Below, one piece after another: positions 10,224 through 20,319 of a stretch of 63,019 nt of DNA. This DNA is from Bacilli bacterium (lineage in GTDB: Bacteria; Bacillota_I; Bacilli_A; RF39; UBA660): NCBI GenBank assembly GCA_007117695.1, contig SKFZ01000014.1:1-63019 (forward strand). The letters run 5' to 3'. The translations under genes were made by a program, and so were the position numbers. Numbering within the stretch: the stretch's first letter is position 1; every line of letters starts with the position of its first letter. Under the pieces are notes generated by a model, which saw only the letters and a program-made list of their open reading frames with translations, was not told where the DNA came from and did not search any database.

Positions 10224-11141
10224 TTAATCTATGTCTTTATCCCTTATTTTTTTTGCAAGGTTATTAATTTTTTTTAACCGGTGATAAACACCTGATTTTG
10301 TAATGTTTTGTCCCGTTTCAACGCTAATAATATTACTAAGTTCTAAAATAGAGACATCTGGGTACTTTTTCCTATAAACACAAACTTGTCTTACTTTTTC
10401 GCTTAAAATATCAAGTCCATATCTTTCTTCTATTAGTAAAATGTCTTTAATTTGATCAGTTGCAGTTTTTATAGTCTTATCTACATTGGCCTGCTCACAA
10501 TTATTCAGCCTATTTGTCATGTTTTTGTGATCTCTATATATTCTAATATCTTCAAAATATAGTAAAGACTCACTCGCTCTAATTATTTTTAAAAAATCAC
10601 TTATTTTTTCAGCTTCTTTTACATAAACCATATATTTTTTTTCCCTTTTCAGAACTTTACTATTTAAATTAAATTCATTTAACAAAGAAGAAATAAACTC
10701 TGCATAGTTTTTATCTATAAATAAAAATTCTAAATGATACCTTGATTTTTTTGGATCATTTATACTGCCAACTGACAAAAAAAGCCCTCTTATATAAGCC
10801 TTTTTAAGTTCATCATCATCAATTAAATATGATGGCGGAATACTATTTTTATTAGTTACTCTTAATTCGTTCAATATTTTTTTATTATTGATTATAACTA
10901 AATATTTATACCCTTTGCTGAAATTATTCGCTTTTCTAACTGATACATTTGGATTTATATCATATATGTCTTTAACTAATGAAAAAACTCTTCTAGCAAC
11001 ACTTGCATTTTCAGAATGAACCTCAATTTTATCTTCTAATTTGGACACATTATTTATTATAGCCGACAATTCACTTATCTTATCACTTTTTGTAATATCT
11101 AATTTGCTCACTTCATTTTTTACATTTGTTGTAAATGACAT
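10224..11141 (-). CDS. whiA: DNA-binding sporulation/cell-division regulator WhiA
   Basis: MSFTTNVKNE..., LAGLIDADG-like YIRGLFLSVGSINDP, and C-terminal HTH ITKSGVYHRLKKI. Confidence 0.9.
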   Translation of the reverse strand: MSFTTNVKNEVSKLDITKSDKISELSAIINNVSKLEDKIEVHSENASVARRVFSLVKDIYDINPNVSVRKANNFSKGYKYLVIINNKKILNELRVTNKNSIPPSYLIDDDELKKAYIRGLFLSVGSINDPKKSRYHLEFLFIDKNYAEFISSLLNEFNLNSKVLKREKKYMVYVKEAEKISDFLKIIRASESLLYFEDIRIYRDHKNMTNRLNNCEQANVDKTIKTATDQIKDILLIEERYGLDILSEKVRQVCVYRKKYPDVSILELSNIISVETGQNITKSGVYHRLKKINNLAKKIRDKDID

Positions 11142-11153
11142 TTTAACACCTCA

Positions 11154-12089
11154 TTAAATTAAATTTGAGAATATATGAAAAGCTAATTTCAAATAATCAT
11201 GCCTTATCATTTCATCTTCTACCAAAATAAAGTCATCTGCAACAACTTCTACTTCAGTTAAATTTTCTTCATCAATCAATACAGGATCTTTTTGTTCTAA
11301 GACTTCATATTTCTTTCTAAGTTCATCACTTATTTCCCCGTCATTAGCAATAACAATATCTACCTTTCTCTTTTGTAAATATCTATTTAAAACTTTTATA
11401 TGATCACTTACATTAAATCCGTCAGTTTCTCCAGGCTGAGTCATCATGTTGCTAACATACATTATTTGAGAATTACTTTCGTTCATTACATCTATTATTT
11501 CTTGACAAATTAAGTTTGGAATGATACTTGTGTACAAACTACCCATACTCAAGACAATTAAGTCTGCTTCTTTAATTGCTACAAGTGCGTCTTCGTTAAT
11601 AGTAGGCGTCTTTTTATAATAAATTTTATCTATTTTTTTATTTGCTGCAGTTATTTGATTTTCACCTTCAACGATTGTCCCATCAGTCATTATCCCCATT
11701 AATGTTACGTCATCTTCTGTTAAAGGTATAACTTTTCCTTTTAAATTGAATACATCACTTAAAGATTCGACTGCACTTGATAAGTTACCTGTTATATCAG
11801 ACATTGCAGTTAAAAGAAGATTCCCTATTGTATGTCCATTTAAATCACTTGTTGTTGAAAATCTGTAATTTAAAAGCTTTTGAACTAGAGGTTCTGTTTC
11901 AGACAAGGAAATCAAGACTTGCCTTACATCTCCAACAGCAGGAGTCTTAAATTCCTCCCTTAGCCTTCCTGTGCTTCTTCCATCATCACTTACAGAAACA
12001 ATAGCACTTATATCTAAAGGAAATTGCTTTAATCCTCTAAGCAAAGTCGAAAGGCCTGTCCCGCCTCCTAAAACTACAACTTTTTTCAT
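11154..12089 (-). CDS. yvcK: YvcK/GlmR family (CofD-like) gluconeogenesis/cell-shape factor
   Basis: VVVLGGGTGLSTLLRGLK, DDGRSTGRLR and GSLYTSIIPNL. Confidence 0.85.
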   Translation of the reverse strand: MKKVVVLGGGTGLSTLLRGLKQFPLDISAIVSVSDDGRSTGRLREEFKTPAVGDVRQVLISLSETEPLVQKLLNYRFSTTSDLNGHTIGNLLLTAMSDITGNLSSAVESLSDVFNLKGKVIPLTEDDVTLMGIMTDGTIVEGENQITAANKKIDKIYYKKTPTINEDALVAIKEADLIVLSMGSLYTSIIPNLICQEIIDVMNESNSQIMYVSNMMTQPGETDGFNVSDHIKVLNRYLQKRKVDIVIANDGEISDELRKKYEVLEQKDPVLIDEENLTEVEVVADDFILVEDEMIRHDYLKLAFHIFSNLI

Positions 12090-12123
12090 AATATCACCAC
12101 AATCATTATACTATATTTTTATA

Positions 12124-12152
12124 AAAAAGAAAAAAGAACCTTAACAGTTCTT
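12124..12152 (-). terminator. Probable intrinsic terminator of trxB
   Basis: Minus strand AAGAAC, 7-nt loop, GTTCTT, then TTTTTCTTTTTT. Confidence 0.5.
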
Positions 12153-13034
12153 CTTTATAGCAAGTGATGCGATTGTTGCTTCACCAATAGCTGTTGATAT
12201 TTGGTAAAACTCCTTTTTTACAACATCACCACACGCATAAATGCCTTTAACATTAGTTTCCATGTTTTCATCAACTAAAACATACCCATTATCCAAATCA
12301 ATTTTAGCAGTTTGTAAAAAATCTGTTTCTGGGATGTTTCCAATATAAATAAAAAGCCCATCTACTTTTAATTTTTCGCCTTTTTTCAATGCTACTCCGC
12401 TCAACTTACCGTTTTCTTCCAAAAATTCAACAACTTCATTATTATATAAAATCTCAACTTTTGATTTGGAGAGTCTAATTTTAGCTTTTTCATCTGCACT
12501 AAAAGCATCTCTTTTGTGTATTAAGTATACTTTTTCACATATTTCATCTAAATAAGCAGCTTCTTCGACGGCGCTATTACCTCCGCCAACAACCGCAGTA
12601 ATCTTATTTTTATACAATGGACCGTCACAAATTGCGCAGTAACTAATTCCATTGTTTGTTAATTTCTCTTCATTTGAAAGGCCTAATTTTCTTGGTTTTC
12701 TACCCGTTGCTATAATTATATTCTTACAAGTAAAAGTATCTTCATCTGTTACGATTTCTTTATAATTTTCATGTATTTTGATATCTTTAACATTTCCATA
12801 ATTATATTTGATTTCTAATTGATTTATTTGCTCGAATATTTTAAAGGCCAAATCAGGCCCTTTAATTGAAGTGAATCCTGGGTAGTTTTCTATATCGCTT
12901 GTTCTATTAACTTGCCCCCCTGGAGCCTCTTTTTCTAATATCATAACATCTATATTAGATCTTTTTAAATAAATAGCCGCGGTCATTCCTGCAACTCCTG
13001 AGCCAATTATTATTGTATTATACTGATATTTCAC
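12141..13034 (-). CDS. trxB: Thioredoxin-disulfide reductase
   Basis: FAD motif IIGSGVAGMTAA, redox CAICDG, and NADPH motif VVGGGNSAVEEA. Confidence 0.85.
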   Translation of the reverse strand: MKYQYNTIIIGSGVAGMTAAIYLKRSNIDVMILEKEAPGGQVNRTSDIENYPGFTSIKGPDLAFKIFEQINQLEIKYNYGNVKDIKIHENYKEIVTDEDTFTCKNIIIATGRKPRKLGLSNEEKLTNNGISYCAICDGPLYKNKITAVVGGGNSAVEEAAYLDEICEKVYLIHKRDAFSADEKAKIRLSKSKVEILYNNEVVEFLEENGKLSGVALKKGEKLKVDGLFIYIGNIPETDFLQTAKIDLDNGYVLVDENMETNVKGIYACGDVVKKEFYQISTAIGEATIASLAIKKNC

Positions 13035-13833
13035 TCATATCTCTCCAATCATTATATAAGTTGTCAAAAGCAGATTCCTTTTTCTTTTTAAATAACAAGT
13101 ACCCACCAACTAATATCATTATAATAGACACAATTTGGGCTGCTTTTATATCGAAAATCATTAAACTATCCGTTCTTAATATTTCAATAAGATATCTGAC
13201 CACTCCATACCAAATTAAATAGAAACTAAGAGCATACCCTTTTTTAAACATCTCTATTCTTCTTAAGAAAAATATAATTGCAAACCCTATTAATAAAAAT
13301 AATGACTCATATAAAAATGTAGGGTGATGATAGTTTCCATTTATGAACATTCCTTCAATTATAAACTCCGGAATAAAAATAGATTGTAATTGATCTTTAC
13401 TAACTATACTTCCGTAAGCTTCTTGGTTAAAGAAATTTCCCCATCTTCCAATCGCTTGTCCTAATAGTAGTCCAACAACAGATATATCAAGCATTCTAGT
13501 GACCTCTACCTTGTATTTTTTTGAATAATAGATTATCCATAGTAGTCCAAATAGTATTCCTCCGTGAATTGCTAGTCCGCCTCGCCAAACTTGAATTATC
13601 TCGATTCTATTTAAGTTGTAATACTCAAAATTAAATGCTACATAGTATAATCTAGCACCTACTAAAGCTATTGGGACTAAATAAAATATCATGTTTATTA
13701 AAAAATCTTCATTGATTCGAAATCTTCTGGCTTCACCTAAAACTACTAGCCCTCCGAAAAATAAACCTAGAAAAATGAAAAGTGAATACCACTGTATTTG
13801 AATTATACCTAAATCGATTAATGTACTATTCAT
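13018..13833 (-). CDS. lgt: Prolipoprotein diacylglyceryl transferase
   Basis: Polytopic membrane protein with GARLYYV, WRGGLAIHGG and GRWGNFFNQEAYG motifs. Confidence 0.9.
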   Translation of the reverse strand: MNSTLIDLGIIQIQWYSLFIFLGLFFGGLVVLGEARRFRINEDFLINMIFYLVPIALVGARLYYVAFNFEYYNLNRIEIIQVWRGGLAIHGGILFGLLWIIYYSKKYKVEVTRMLDISVVGLLLGQAIGRWGNFFNQEAYGSIVSKDQLQSIFIPEFIIEGMFINGNYHHPTFLYESLFLLIGFAIIFFLRRIEMFKKGYALSFYLIWYGVVRYLIEILRTDSLMIFDIKAAQIVSIIMILVGGYLLFKKKKESAFDNLYNDWRDMSEISV

Positions 13834-14269
13834 GTCTCTTCCTCCTTATAATGATGTCTGCTACAAAATTATCAATTAATTCATTCATTAATGAAATTAA
13901 AATTGCTATAAAAAATGGAATTATTATGCCGTTAACTGTTACTCCCGGCAATAATTCTCCAACTATCATTAATATAATTACATTAATAAAAGGGTAAAAC
14001 AACCCTAAAGTTATAATTGTCAGCGGCAAGGTTAAAAAAATCAATACTGGTTTAATAGTTTTGTTTAAAAAGTATATTATAATAGCCGCTAAAAGGCCCC
14101 ATAAACCAAAGTAATCAGGTTCTATTATAAACGAATTTCCACCTAATATTGAAGCCGTGATTAAAACTATTGCATAACCCACCATATAAATCAACCAATC
14201 TATAAACCTATTTAATCTATAATTGTTTTTTTGTTTTTTATTATTTTTTTCTTCGATAATAATTTTCAT
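13826..14269 (-). CDS. Phage_holin_4_2 / DUF360 family membrane protein (YvlD-like)
   Basis: Four TM segments. NKTIKPVLIFLTLPLTIITLGLF matches the family core. Confidence 0.6.
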   Translation of the reverse strand: MKIIIEEKNNKKQKNNYRLNRFIDWLIYMVGYAIVLITASILGGNSFIIEPDYFGLWGLLAAIIIYFLNKTIKPVLIFLTLPLTIITLGLFYPFINVIILMIVGELLPGVTVNGIIIPFFIAILISLMNELIDNFVADIIIRRKRHE

Positions 14270-14323
14270 GTTACCACTCCTTAACTATATTAATAGTATA
14301 TCATTTTTTATATAAATTAAAAA

Positions 14324-16276
14324 TCATTTACTTTTTAACTCAAACAAAACATCTCGCAATTCCATTGCTCTTTCAAAATCAAGGTTTTTAGCTGCTTTAT
14401 TCATTTCATCTTCTATTTCATTTAACATTTTCTCTTTTTCAAGCTTAGACAACTTCTCTTTTTTAGCCTTTTCAATAATTTCTTTATTAGATATTACATC
14501 TCTAATTTCTTTTATTATTGTTTTTGGTTCAATATTGTTTTTAATATTAAACTCAATTTGCCTTTTTCTTCTTCTCTCTGTTTCATTTATCGCTATTTCC
14601 ATTGCTTCGCTAGTTTTGTCTGCATACATAATTACATGACCATTTTTGTTTCTAGCTGCTCTTCCAATTGTTTGAATTAAACTTTTTGAACTTCTTAAAA
14701 ACCCTTGCTTATCAGCATCCATTATACAAATCAAGCTAACTTCTGGAATATCTAAACCTTCCCTTAATAGATTTATTCCGACAATAACGTCATATTTCCC
14801 TTTTCTTAAATCAGAGATTATTTGAATTCTTTCTAAAGTTTTTATTTCATTATGTAAATATGTTACTTTTATATCACTTTTTCGCAAATATTCGGTTAAT
14901 TCCTCAGCCATTCTTATTGTTAATGTTGTAATCAAGGTTCTTTCGTTGTTTTTAATTCTTTTTTCAATTTGGTTCATCAAATCATCTATTTGATGAATAG
15001 TTGGTTTCACTTCAATAGTCGGATCCAATAATCCTGTTGGCCTTATTATTTGTTCCACAACTATATTATTGCTTTTTTGAATTTCATATTCACTTGGTGT
15101 AGCAGATACACAAATAACCTTATTAAGCTTATTTTCGAATTCTTCAAAAGTCAAAGGCCTATTATCTAAAGCGCTAGGAAGCCTAAAACCATAATCGACT
15201 AAAGACTGCTTTCTTGCTCTATCGCCATTATACATCCCTTTTACTTGGGGAATTGTTACATGTGATTCATCTATGACCATTAAAAAGTCATCACCAAAAA
15301 AATCTATTAATGTGGTAGGAGTTTCACCCTCCTCTTTTAAAGACATATGTCTTGCATAATTTTCTACTCCTCGGCAAATACCTGTTTCCTTAAGCATCTC
15401 CAAGTCATAATTTGTTCTCTCTTTTAGGCGCTGATATTCCAAAAGTTTTTCTTCTTCTTTTAATTCACTAAGTCTTACCTCTAATTCACTTTCAATTCGT
15501 TTTATAGCTTCTTTCATTTTTTCATCACTTTTTACAAAGTGTGATGCCGGGAAAATTGTTATAGTTTTTTTATCCGACATTATAACCCCCGTTAAAGGAT
15601 CAAATTCACTCACTCTATCTATTTCATCACCGAAAAATTCAATTCTATAACCTTTTTTATGCTGATTAATTGGTATAACTTCTAGTACATCTCCTCTTAC
15701 TCTAAAGCTTCCTCTTTTTAAGTCAATGTTGTTTCTTTCATAGAGCATATCAACCAATTTATCTAATACCTCATCACGATCAATTGTTTCCCCTTTAGAA
15801 AGGGTTATGGTTTTTTTTAAATATTCCTCAATTTCACCTATACCATATATACATGATACCGAAGCAACAACAATGGTATCATCATAGTTTAAAATTGAAG
15901 ATGTTGCTGAGTGCCTGAGTTCATCTATTTCATCATTAATCGAAGCATCCTTTTCAATATATGTATCAGTAGTTGCAACATATGCCTCAGGTTGATAGTA
16001 ATCATAGTAAGAAACAAAGTATTCAACATGATTATTTGGAAAGAGTTCTTTTAACTCACTAAATAACTGGCCAGCCAAGGTCTTATTGTGTGCTAAAACT
16101 AATGTTTTTTTTCCTGTTTCTTGTATGAGTTTTGCTATCGTAAATGTCTTTCCTGTTCCAGTCGCTCCTAATAAAACTTGTCTATTATAACCATTTTTAA
16201 AGTTTTTAATTAATCCATTCAACGCTTTTGGTTGATCTCCTGCTAAATCAAAATTAGTTTTTATATCGAAATTCAT
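14324..16276 (-). CDS. uvrB: Excinuclease ABC subunit B
   Basis: [21 protein letters not shown], and C-terminal UVR domain [11 protein letters not shown]. Confidence 0.95.
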   Translation of the reverse strand: MNFDIKTNFDLAGDQPKALNGLIKNFKNGYNRQVLLGATGTGKTFTIAKLIQETGKKTLVLAHNKTLAGQLFSELKELFPNNHVEYFVSYYDYYQPEAYVATTDTYIEKDASINDEIDELRHSATSSILNYDDTIVVASVSCIYGIGEIEEYLKKTITLSKGETIDRDEVLDKLVDMLYERNNIDLKRGSFRVRGDVLEVIPINQHKKGYRIEFFGDEIDRVSEFDPLTGVIMSDKKTITIFPASHFVKSDEKMKEAIKRIESELEVRLSELKEEEKLLEYQRLKERTNYDLEMLKETGICRGVENYARHMSLKEEGETPTTLIDFFGDDFLMVIDESHVTIPQVKGMYNGDRARKQSLVDYGFRLPSALDNRPLTFEEFENKLNKVICVSATPSEYEIQKSNNIVVEQIIRPTGLLDPTIEVKPTIHQIDDLMNQIEKRIKNNERTLITTLTIRMAEELTEYLRKSDIKVTYLHNEIKTLERIQIISDLRKGKYDVIVGINLLREGLDIPEVSLICIMDADKQGFLRSSKSLIQTIGRAARNKNGHVIMYADKTSEAMEIAINETERRRKRQIEFNIKNNIEPKTIIKEIRDVISNKEIIEKAKKEKLSKLEKEKMLNEIEDEMNKAAKNLDFERAMELRDVLFELKSK

Positions 16277-16316
16277 AATATCACCTAATCAATTTTATCA
16301 CTTTTTTTAATATTAC

Positions 16317-16341
16317 ACAAAAAAAAGGCATATGCCTTTTT
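16317..16341 (-). terminator. Intrinsic terminator of noc
   Basis: Minus strand AAAGGCATATGCCTTT followed by TTTTTTTT; overlaps the noc stop. Confidence 0.8.
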
Positions 16342-17635
16342 ATTTATCTACTTTAATAATAAGTTGGATCATATCTCCCAAATCAAATTCTTCTACTTTT
16401 ATGTTTGCACCACTATTATTCATTTCATTTATTGTTGTCTTTATTTTATCAATTGAATGGGTTTTTGAAAATTTTTCTGATTTTTCATTAGAATTTGAAT
16501 CTAATTTACTAAAATCAAAGTTAAAATCATAATTTGTATCAAGTTCGTTATTATCTTTTGTCTCTTCTTTACTTTCTTCAACTAGATTATCTATTTGTTC
16601 TTCTTTTTCATCATTTAATTCACTAAAACTAAAATCAAAATTCGGAGAATCTATGTTTTCTTCAGGTTTTAACGAATCAAAATTAAATTCTTCTTTTTCT
16701 GGTTTTTCTTCTATTTCTTTTTCATCAACTTTAACATTTAAGTCTAACCCTTCATATATATTCTCGTTTCTGTCCGAATTAATTTTATCATCCTCAGATG
16801 CAAAAGTGAAAAATTTGTTTGTTTGAAATTCTTCTTTTTCTTTCTTTTCATTTAAAAGTTCATTAACATCCTTTTTAGGCTTTTCAGGCTGAAAAATGTC
16901 TTTTGCTTCACTTTCAATTTTATCTACATCTACAAATCCAGGATTTTGAACAGGTTTTTCAGGTTGCAAATTATCTTTCTTAATAGCAGCATCTATGTCT
17001 AAAAAATCTAAAACTTCAGTTTCTTCTTCAGAATTCGATCCTAAAAACTTTTTAATTTCATCATCTGTTTTTCTTACCGTTAATCGTTCGTTTATAACCC
17101 TTTTGCACATATCTACTTGATCAATTTTATCTAATTTTAATAAAGATCTCGCGTGTCTTTCTGATATTTTTCCATTTAGCAATGATTGCTGCACTTCTTC
17201 ATGAAGGTTTAACAGTCTTAATTTATTAGATATAGTAGATTGTTCTTTCCCCAACTTTGTTGCTAATTCTTTCTGTGTTAAATTGCCAATTTCCAATATT
17301 TTTTGATATGAAACAGCTTCCTCAAGAGGAGTTAAATCTTTTCTTTGAATGTTTTCAATTAGTGCAACTTCTGCACTTTGTTCATCATCATAATCATTAA
17401 TTATAGCCGGTATTTTTGTTAGGCCTGCTAAAACACTTGCTTTATATCTTCTTTCACCAGCAATAATTTCATATTTATCTCCGATACTTCTAACCACTAT
17501 TGGTTGAATTACTCCGTGCTGTTTTATTGATTCCGATAATTCATTAATTGCTTTTTCGTCAAATGATATTCTCGGTTGAAACCTGTTTGGCATAACACTT
17601 TCAACTTCTAATTGCATAATTTTCTTTTCATTCAT
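16340..17635 (-). CDS. noc: Nucleoid occlusion protein Noc (ParB family) with a long acidic internal insertion
   Basis: PNRFQPR, GERRYKAS and HTH LTQKELATKLGKEQSTISNKLRLL. ISERHARSLL and the C-terminus NSGANIKVEEFDLGDMIQLIIKVDK closely match B. subtilis Noc (ITERHARALI; DSGVKLNTEEEEFEEYIQLTIRIPK). SD AAGAGGGA precedes ATG at 17635. Confidence 0.8.
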   Translation of the reverse strand: MNEKKIMQLEVESVMPNRFQPRISFDEKAINELSESIKQHGVIQPIVVRSIGDKYEIIAGERRYKASVLAGLTKIPAIINDYDDEQSAEVALIENIQRKDLTPLEEAVSYQKILEIGNLTQKELATKLGKEQSTISNKLRLLNLHEEVQQSLLNGKISERHARSLLKLDKIDQVDMCKRVINERLTVRKTDDEIKKFLGSNSEEETEVLDFLDIDAAIKKDNLQPEKPVQNPGFVDVDKIESEAKDIFQPEKPKKDVNELLNEKKEKEEFQTNKFFTFASEDDKINSDRNENIYEGLDLNVKVDEKEIEEKPEKEEFNFDSLKPEENIDSPNFDFSFSELNDEKEEQIDNLVEESKEETKDNNELDTNYDFNFDFSKLDSNSNEKSEKFSKTHSIDKIKTTINEMNNSGANIKVEEFDLGDMIQLIIKVDK

Positions 17636-17661
17636 ATTTATCCCTCTTATTCTATATTTCA

Positions 17662-17690
17662 ATAGTACTATAATTCGGGAAATATTTCAA
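17662..17690 (-). promoter_or_regulatory. Sigma-A type promoter of noc
   Basis: Minus strand TTGAAA, 17 nt spacer, TACTAT. The spacer begins with the NBS half-site TATTTCCCG. Confidence 0.55.
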
Positions 17691-17714
17691 CACTTAAACT
17701 TCTTTTTTGGGAAA

Positions 17715-17730
17715 TATTTCCCAGGAAATA
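17715..17730. promoter_or_regulatory. Noc-binding-site (NBS)-like 16-mer TATTTCCCAGGAAATA
   Basis: 15/16 match to the B. subtilis NBS TATTTCCCGGGAAATA. Overlaps the perfect palindrome GGGAAATATTTCCC at 17709-17722. An identical 16-mer occurs at 32988-33003. Confidence 0.6.
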
Positions 17731-17757
17731 AAAACAACCTAATGTAACGGTTGTTTT
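17726..17757 (-). terminator. Intrinsic terminator of rsmG
   Basis: Minus strand ACAACC, 9-nt loop, GGTTGT, followed by TTTTTATTT. Confidence 0.6.
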
Positions 17758-18446
17758 TTTATTTCTGAAGGACTTCTTGGAAACTCTTTTTTTGTTTTCT
17801 CGTTCTTTCTAAACATTAAAATAGTTCTAGAACTATTTTCTTTTGGAAGAGAAAAAACTTCTTTTTTCTCCAATGATACTTTTAATTCACTCATAGCTCT
17901 TTTAGAACTTCTTATTTCCTCTTCGGCATCAGCTTTCATAGAAATGAAAACTCCACCTACTTTTACTATTGGAACGCATAGTTCTAATAACTTTGGTAAC
18001 TGTGTTACAGCTCTTGCTGTTACTACATCAAATTTTTCTTTATTATTTTTACCATAGTCTTCAGCTCTCGAGTGAATAGTATACACATTTTTTAATTTTA
18101 AACTGCTGATAACTAAGTCTAGAAACTTTATTCGTTTATTCAACGAGTCAACCAAAGTTAATTCAGTTTCAGGATATAATATTTTCAAAACTAAACCTGG
18201 AAACCCTGCGCCTGTTCCCACATCACATATTTTTTGCTTTTGATTAAAATCAACAACTTTGGTAACAGTTAAACTATCAAAAAAGTGTTTTAAAAACACC
18301 TCTTCCTTATTAGTTATAGCTGTTAAATTTACTTTTTTATTATAATCAACTAATAATTCAAAATATTTCTCTAATTGGGAAAATTGATGATCATCTATCT
18401 TAATATTTTCTTTTTCAAGTAATAATATAAATTCTTTTTTAGTCAT
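17739..18446 (-). CDS. rsmG: 16S rRNA (guanine527-N7)-methyltransferase
   Basis: SAM motif DVGTGAGFPGLVLKI. SD AAAGGTGA precedes ATG at 18446. Confidence 0.9.
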   Translation of the reverse strand: MTKKEFILLLEKENIKIDDHQFSQLEKYFELLVDYNKKVNLTAITNKEEVFLKHFFDSLTVTKVVDFNQKQKICDVGTGAGFPGLVLKILYPETELTLVDSLNKRIKFLDLVISSLKLKNVYTIHSRAEDYGKNNKEKFDVVTARAVTQLPKLLELCVPIVKVGGVFISMKADAEEEIRSSKRAMSELKVSLEKKEVFSLPKENSSRTILMFRKNEKTKKEFPRSPSEIKKQPLH

Positions 18447-20310
18447 AAAAATCACCTTTTTTTAAATACACCATTAGTATTGAAACATCAGATGGATTAA
18501 CACCACTTATTCTAATTGCTTGCCCAATTGATGTAGGCCTTATTTCTTCAAGTTTTTGACGTGCTTCGGATGCAATGTTTTTAACCTTGCCATAATCTAT
18601 ATTTTGTGGAATTTTCTTATTTTCAAGTCTAACCATTTTTTCAGCTTCTCGATAAGCCTTTTTTATATAGCCTTCGTACTTAGAGTTTATTACAACTTGC
18701 TCAATTACTTCTTCTTTATAATCAATATTTATTAATTTTTTTATAAATTCAATATTAATCTCTGGCCTTTTTAACAAATCAAAATAATTAATACCATCTT
18801 TTATTTTTGAACTTCCTACCTTTAACAATATTTCATCTGCTTCTTTACAAGGCTTCAGTTTGTTTTCTTTTAATTTTTTTTCCAATTCTTTTATTTCTGC
18901 TTCTTTTTTTAAAAATGCTTTGTACTCTTTTTCGTTTATTAACCCATATTTATTTGCGTATTTTCTTAACCTAATATCAGCATTATCATGCCTTAATATA
19001 AGTCGAAACTCCGCTCTTGAAGTCAATAATCTATATGGATCTTGAACCCCTTTAGTTATTAAATCATCTATGAGCACCCCAGTATAAGCTTCATTTCTTT
19101 TTAAAACAAAAGGCGATTTTTTTTCAATGGTCAAAACAGCATTAATGCCCGCCATAAGGCCTTGGCATGCGGCCTCTTCATATCCGCTTGTACCGTTTAT
19201 TTGACCAGCGGTGAATAAATTTTTAATATTTTTTGTTTCTAAGTTTTGTTTCAATTGGGTTGGTTTCAATGCGTCGTATTCGATTGCATATGCATATTTT
19301 AATATTTTTGCAGATTCTAATCCCGGTAATGTTTGTACTATTTTTTCTTGTATATCATGTGGAAAACTTGTCGATAGCCCTTGTATATAAATTTCGTCAT
19401 AGTATCTACTTTCCGGTTCTAAAAACAATTGATGTTTTTCTTTATCAGCAAACCTAGTTATTTTATCTTCAATAGATGGACAATACCTAGGTCCTACTCC
19501 TTCTATATCAGCAATTCCTCCGTACATACTTGATTTAGATATATTTTCATTAATTATATTGTGAGTTTCTTTGTTTGTGTATATAAGATGACAACTCATT
19601 TGATCACTAATATTATAATCCTTTTCTTTTCCAAAACTAAAATTATATTTTTTATCTAGACTACCCGGTTCTTCTTTTGTCTTAGTGAAATCTATGGTGC
19701 TTTTGCTAACTCGTGGTGGTGTTCCTGTTTTTAATCTAATAAGATCAAACCCTAACTTTTTAAGAGAATTACTTAAATCTGGGATAGTTTTTTCACCATG
19801 AGGACCACTTTTTGTCCTTTTACTACCGACTAAAATATCAGAATCCATGTATGTGCCTGTTGTTAATATTACAGCATTTGACTTAATAGTTTTCCCACTT
19901 AGAGTTTCAACGCCCATAACTTTATTTTTTTCAACAATTAAATTTATTACAAAATCTTCTAAAATAGTGAGATTTGGTATTTCTTTCAAAGTTTTTAGCA
20001 TTTCTATAGGGTAAATTTTCTTATCTACTTGCGCTCTCAAAGCTTTTACTGCTGGCCCTTTTTTATCGTTTAACATTTTCATTTGAATTTGAGACTCATC
20101 CGCTACTTTTCCCATTAATCCACCTAGTGCATCTATTTCCCTAACAACAATGCCTTTAGCACTGCCTCCAATCGAAGGATTGCAAGGCATATCGGCAATA
20201 TTATTAACATTTGATGTTACAAGCAGGGTTTTTTTATTCATTTTTGCGGCGGCTGCAGCAGCCTCACAACCAGCATGACCGCCCCCAACTATTATTACTT
20301 CATAACTCAT
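18439..20310 (-). CDS. mnmG: tRNA uridine 5-carboxymethylaminomethyl modification enzyme MnmG (GidA)
   Basis: VIIVGGGHAGCEAA, GPRYCPSIEDK and TSRAEFRL. Confidence 0.95.
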   Translation of the reverse strand: MSYEVIIVGGGHAGCEAAAAAAKMNKKTLLVTSNVNNIADMPCNPSIGGSAKGIVVREIDALGGLMGKVADESQIQMKMLNDKKGPAVKALRAQVDKKIYPIEMLKTLKEIPNLTILEDFVINLIVEKNKVMGVETLSGKTIKSNAVILTTGTYMDSDILVGSKRTKSGPHGEKTIPDLSNSLKKLGFDLIRLKTGTPPRVSKSTIDFTKTKEEPGSLDKKYNFSFGKEKDYNISDQMSCHLIYTNKETHNIINENISKSSMYGGIADIEGVGPRYCPSIEDKITRFADKEKHQLFLEPESRYYDEIYIQGLSTSFPHDIQEKIVQTLPGLESAKILKYAYAIEYDALKPTQLKQNLETKNIKNLFTAGQINGTSGYEEAACQGLMAGINAVLTIEKKSPFVLKRNEAYTGVLIDDLITKGVQDPYRLLTSRAEFRLILRHDNADIRLRKYANKYGLINEKEYKAFLKKEAEIKELEKKLKENKLKPCKEADEILLKVGSSKIKDGINYFDLLKRPEINIEFIKKLINIDYKEEVIEQVVINSKYEGYIKKAYREAEKMVRLENKKIPQNIDYGKVKNIASEARQKLEEIRPTSIGQAIRISGVNPSDVSILMVYLKKGDFYD

Positions 20311-20319
20311 TTTTTTCAC

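Noticed and set aside
13826-14269. Holin-family gene as a prophage remnant
   Set aside because: There are no neighbouring phage genes, integrase or att-like repeats. The DUF360/holin_4_2 family is a common chromosomal membrane protein (YvlD-like), here located between lgt and uvrB.
16469-17041. The acidic stretch in noc as a separate gene or a frameshifted fusion
   Set aside because: A single continuous frame links the ParB/HTH domain to a C-terminal domain that aligns with the Noc C-terminus. There is no internal SD-ATG or stop.
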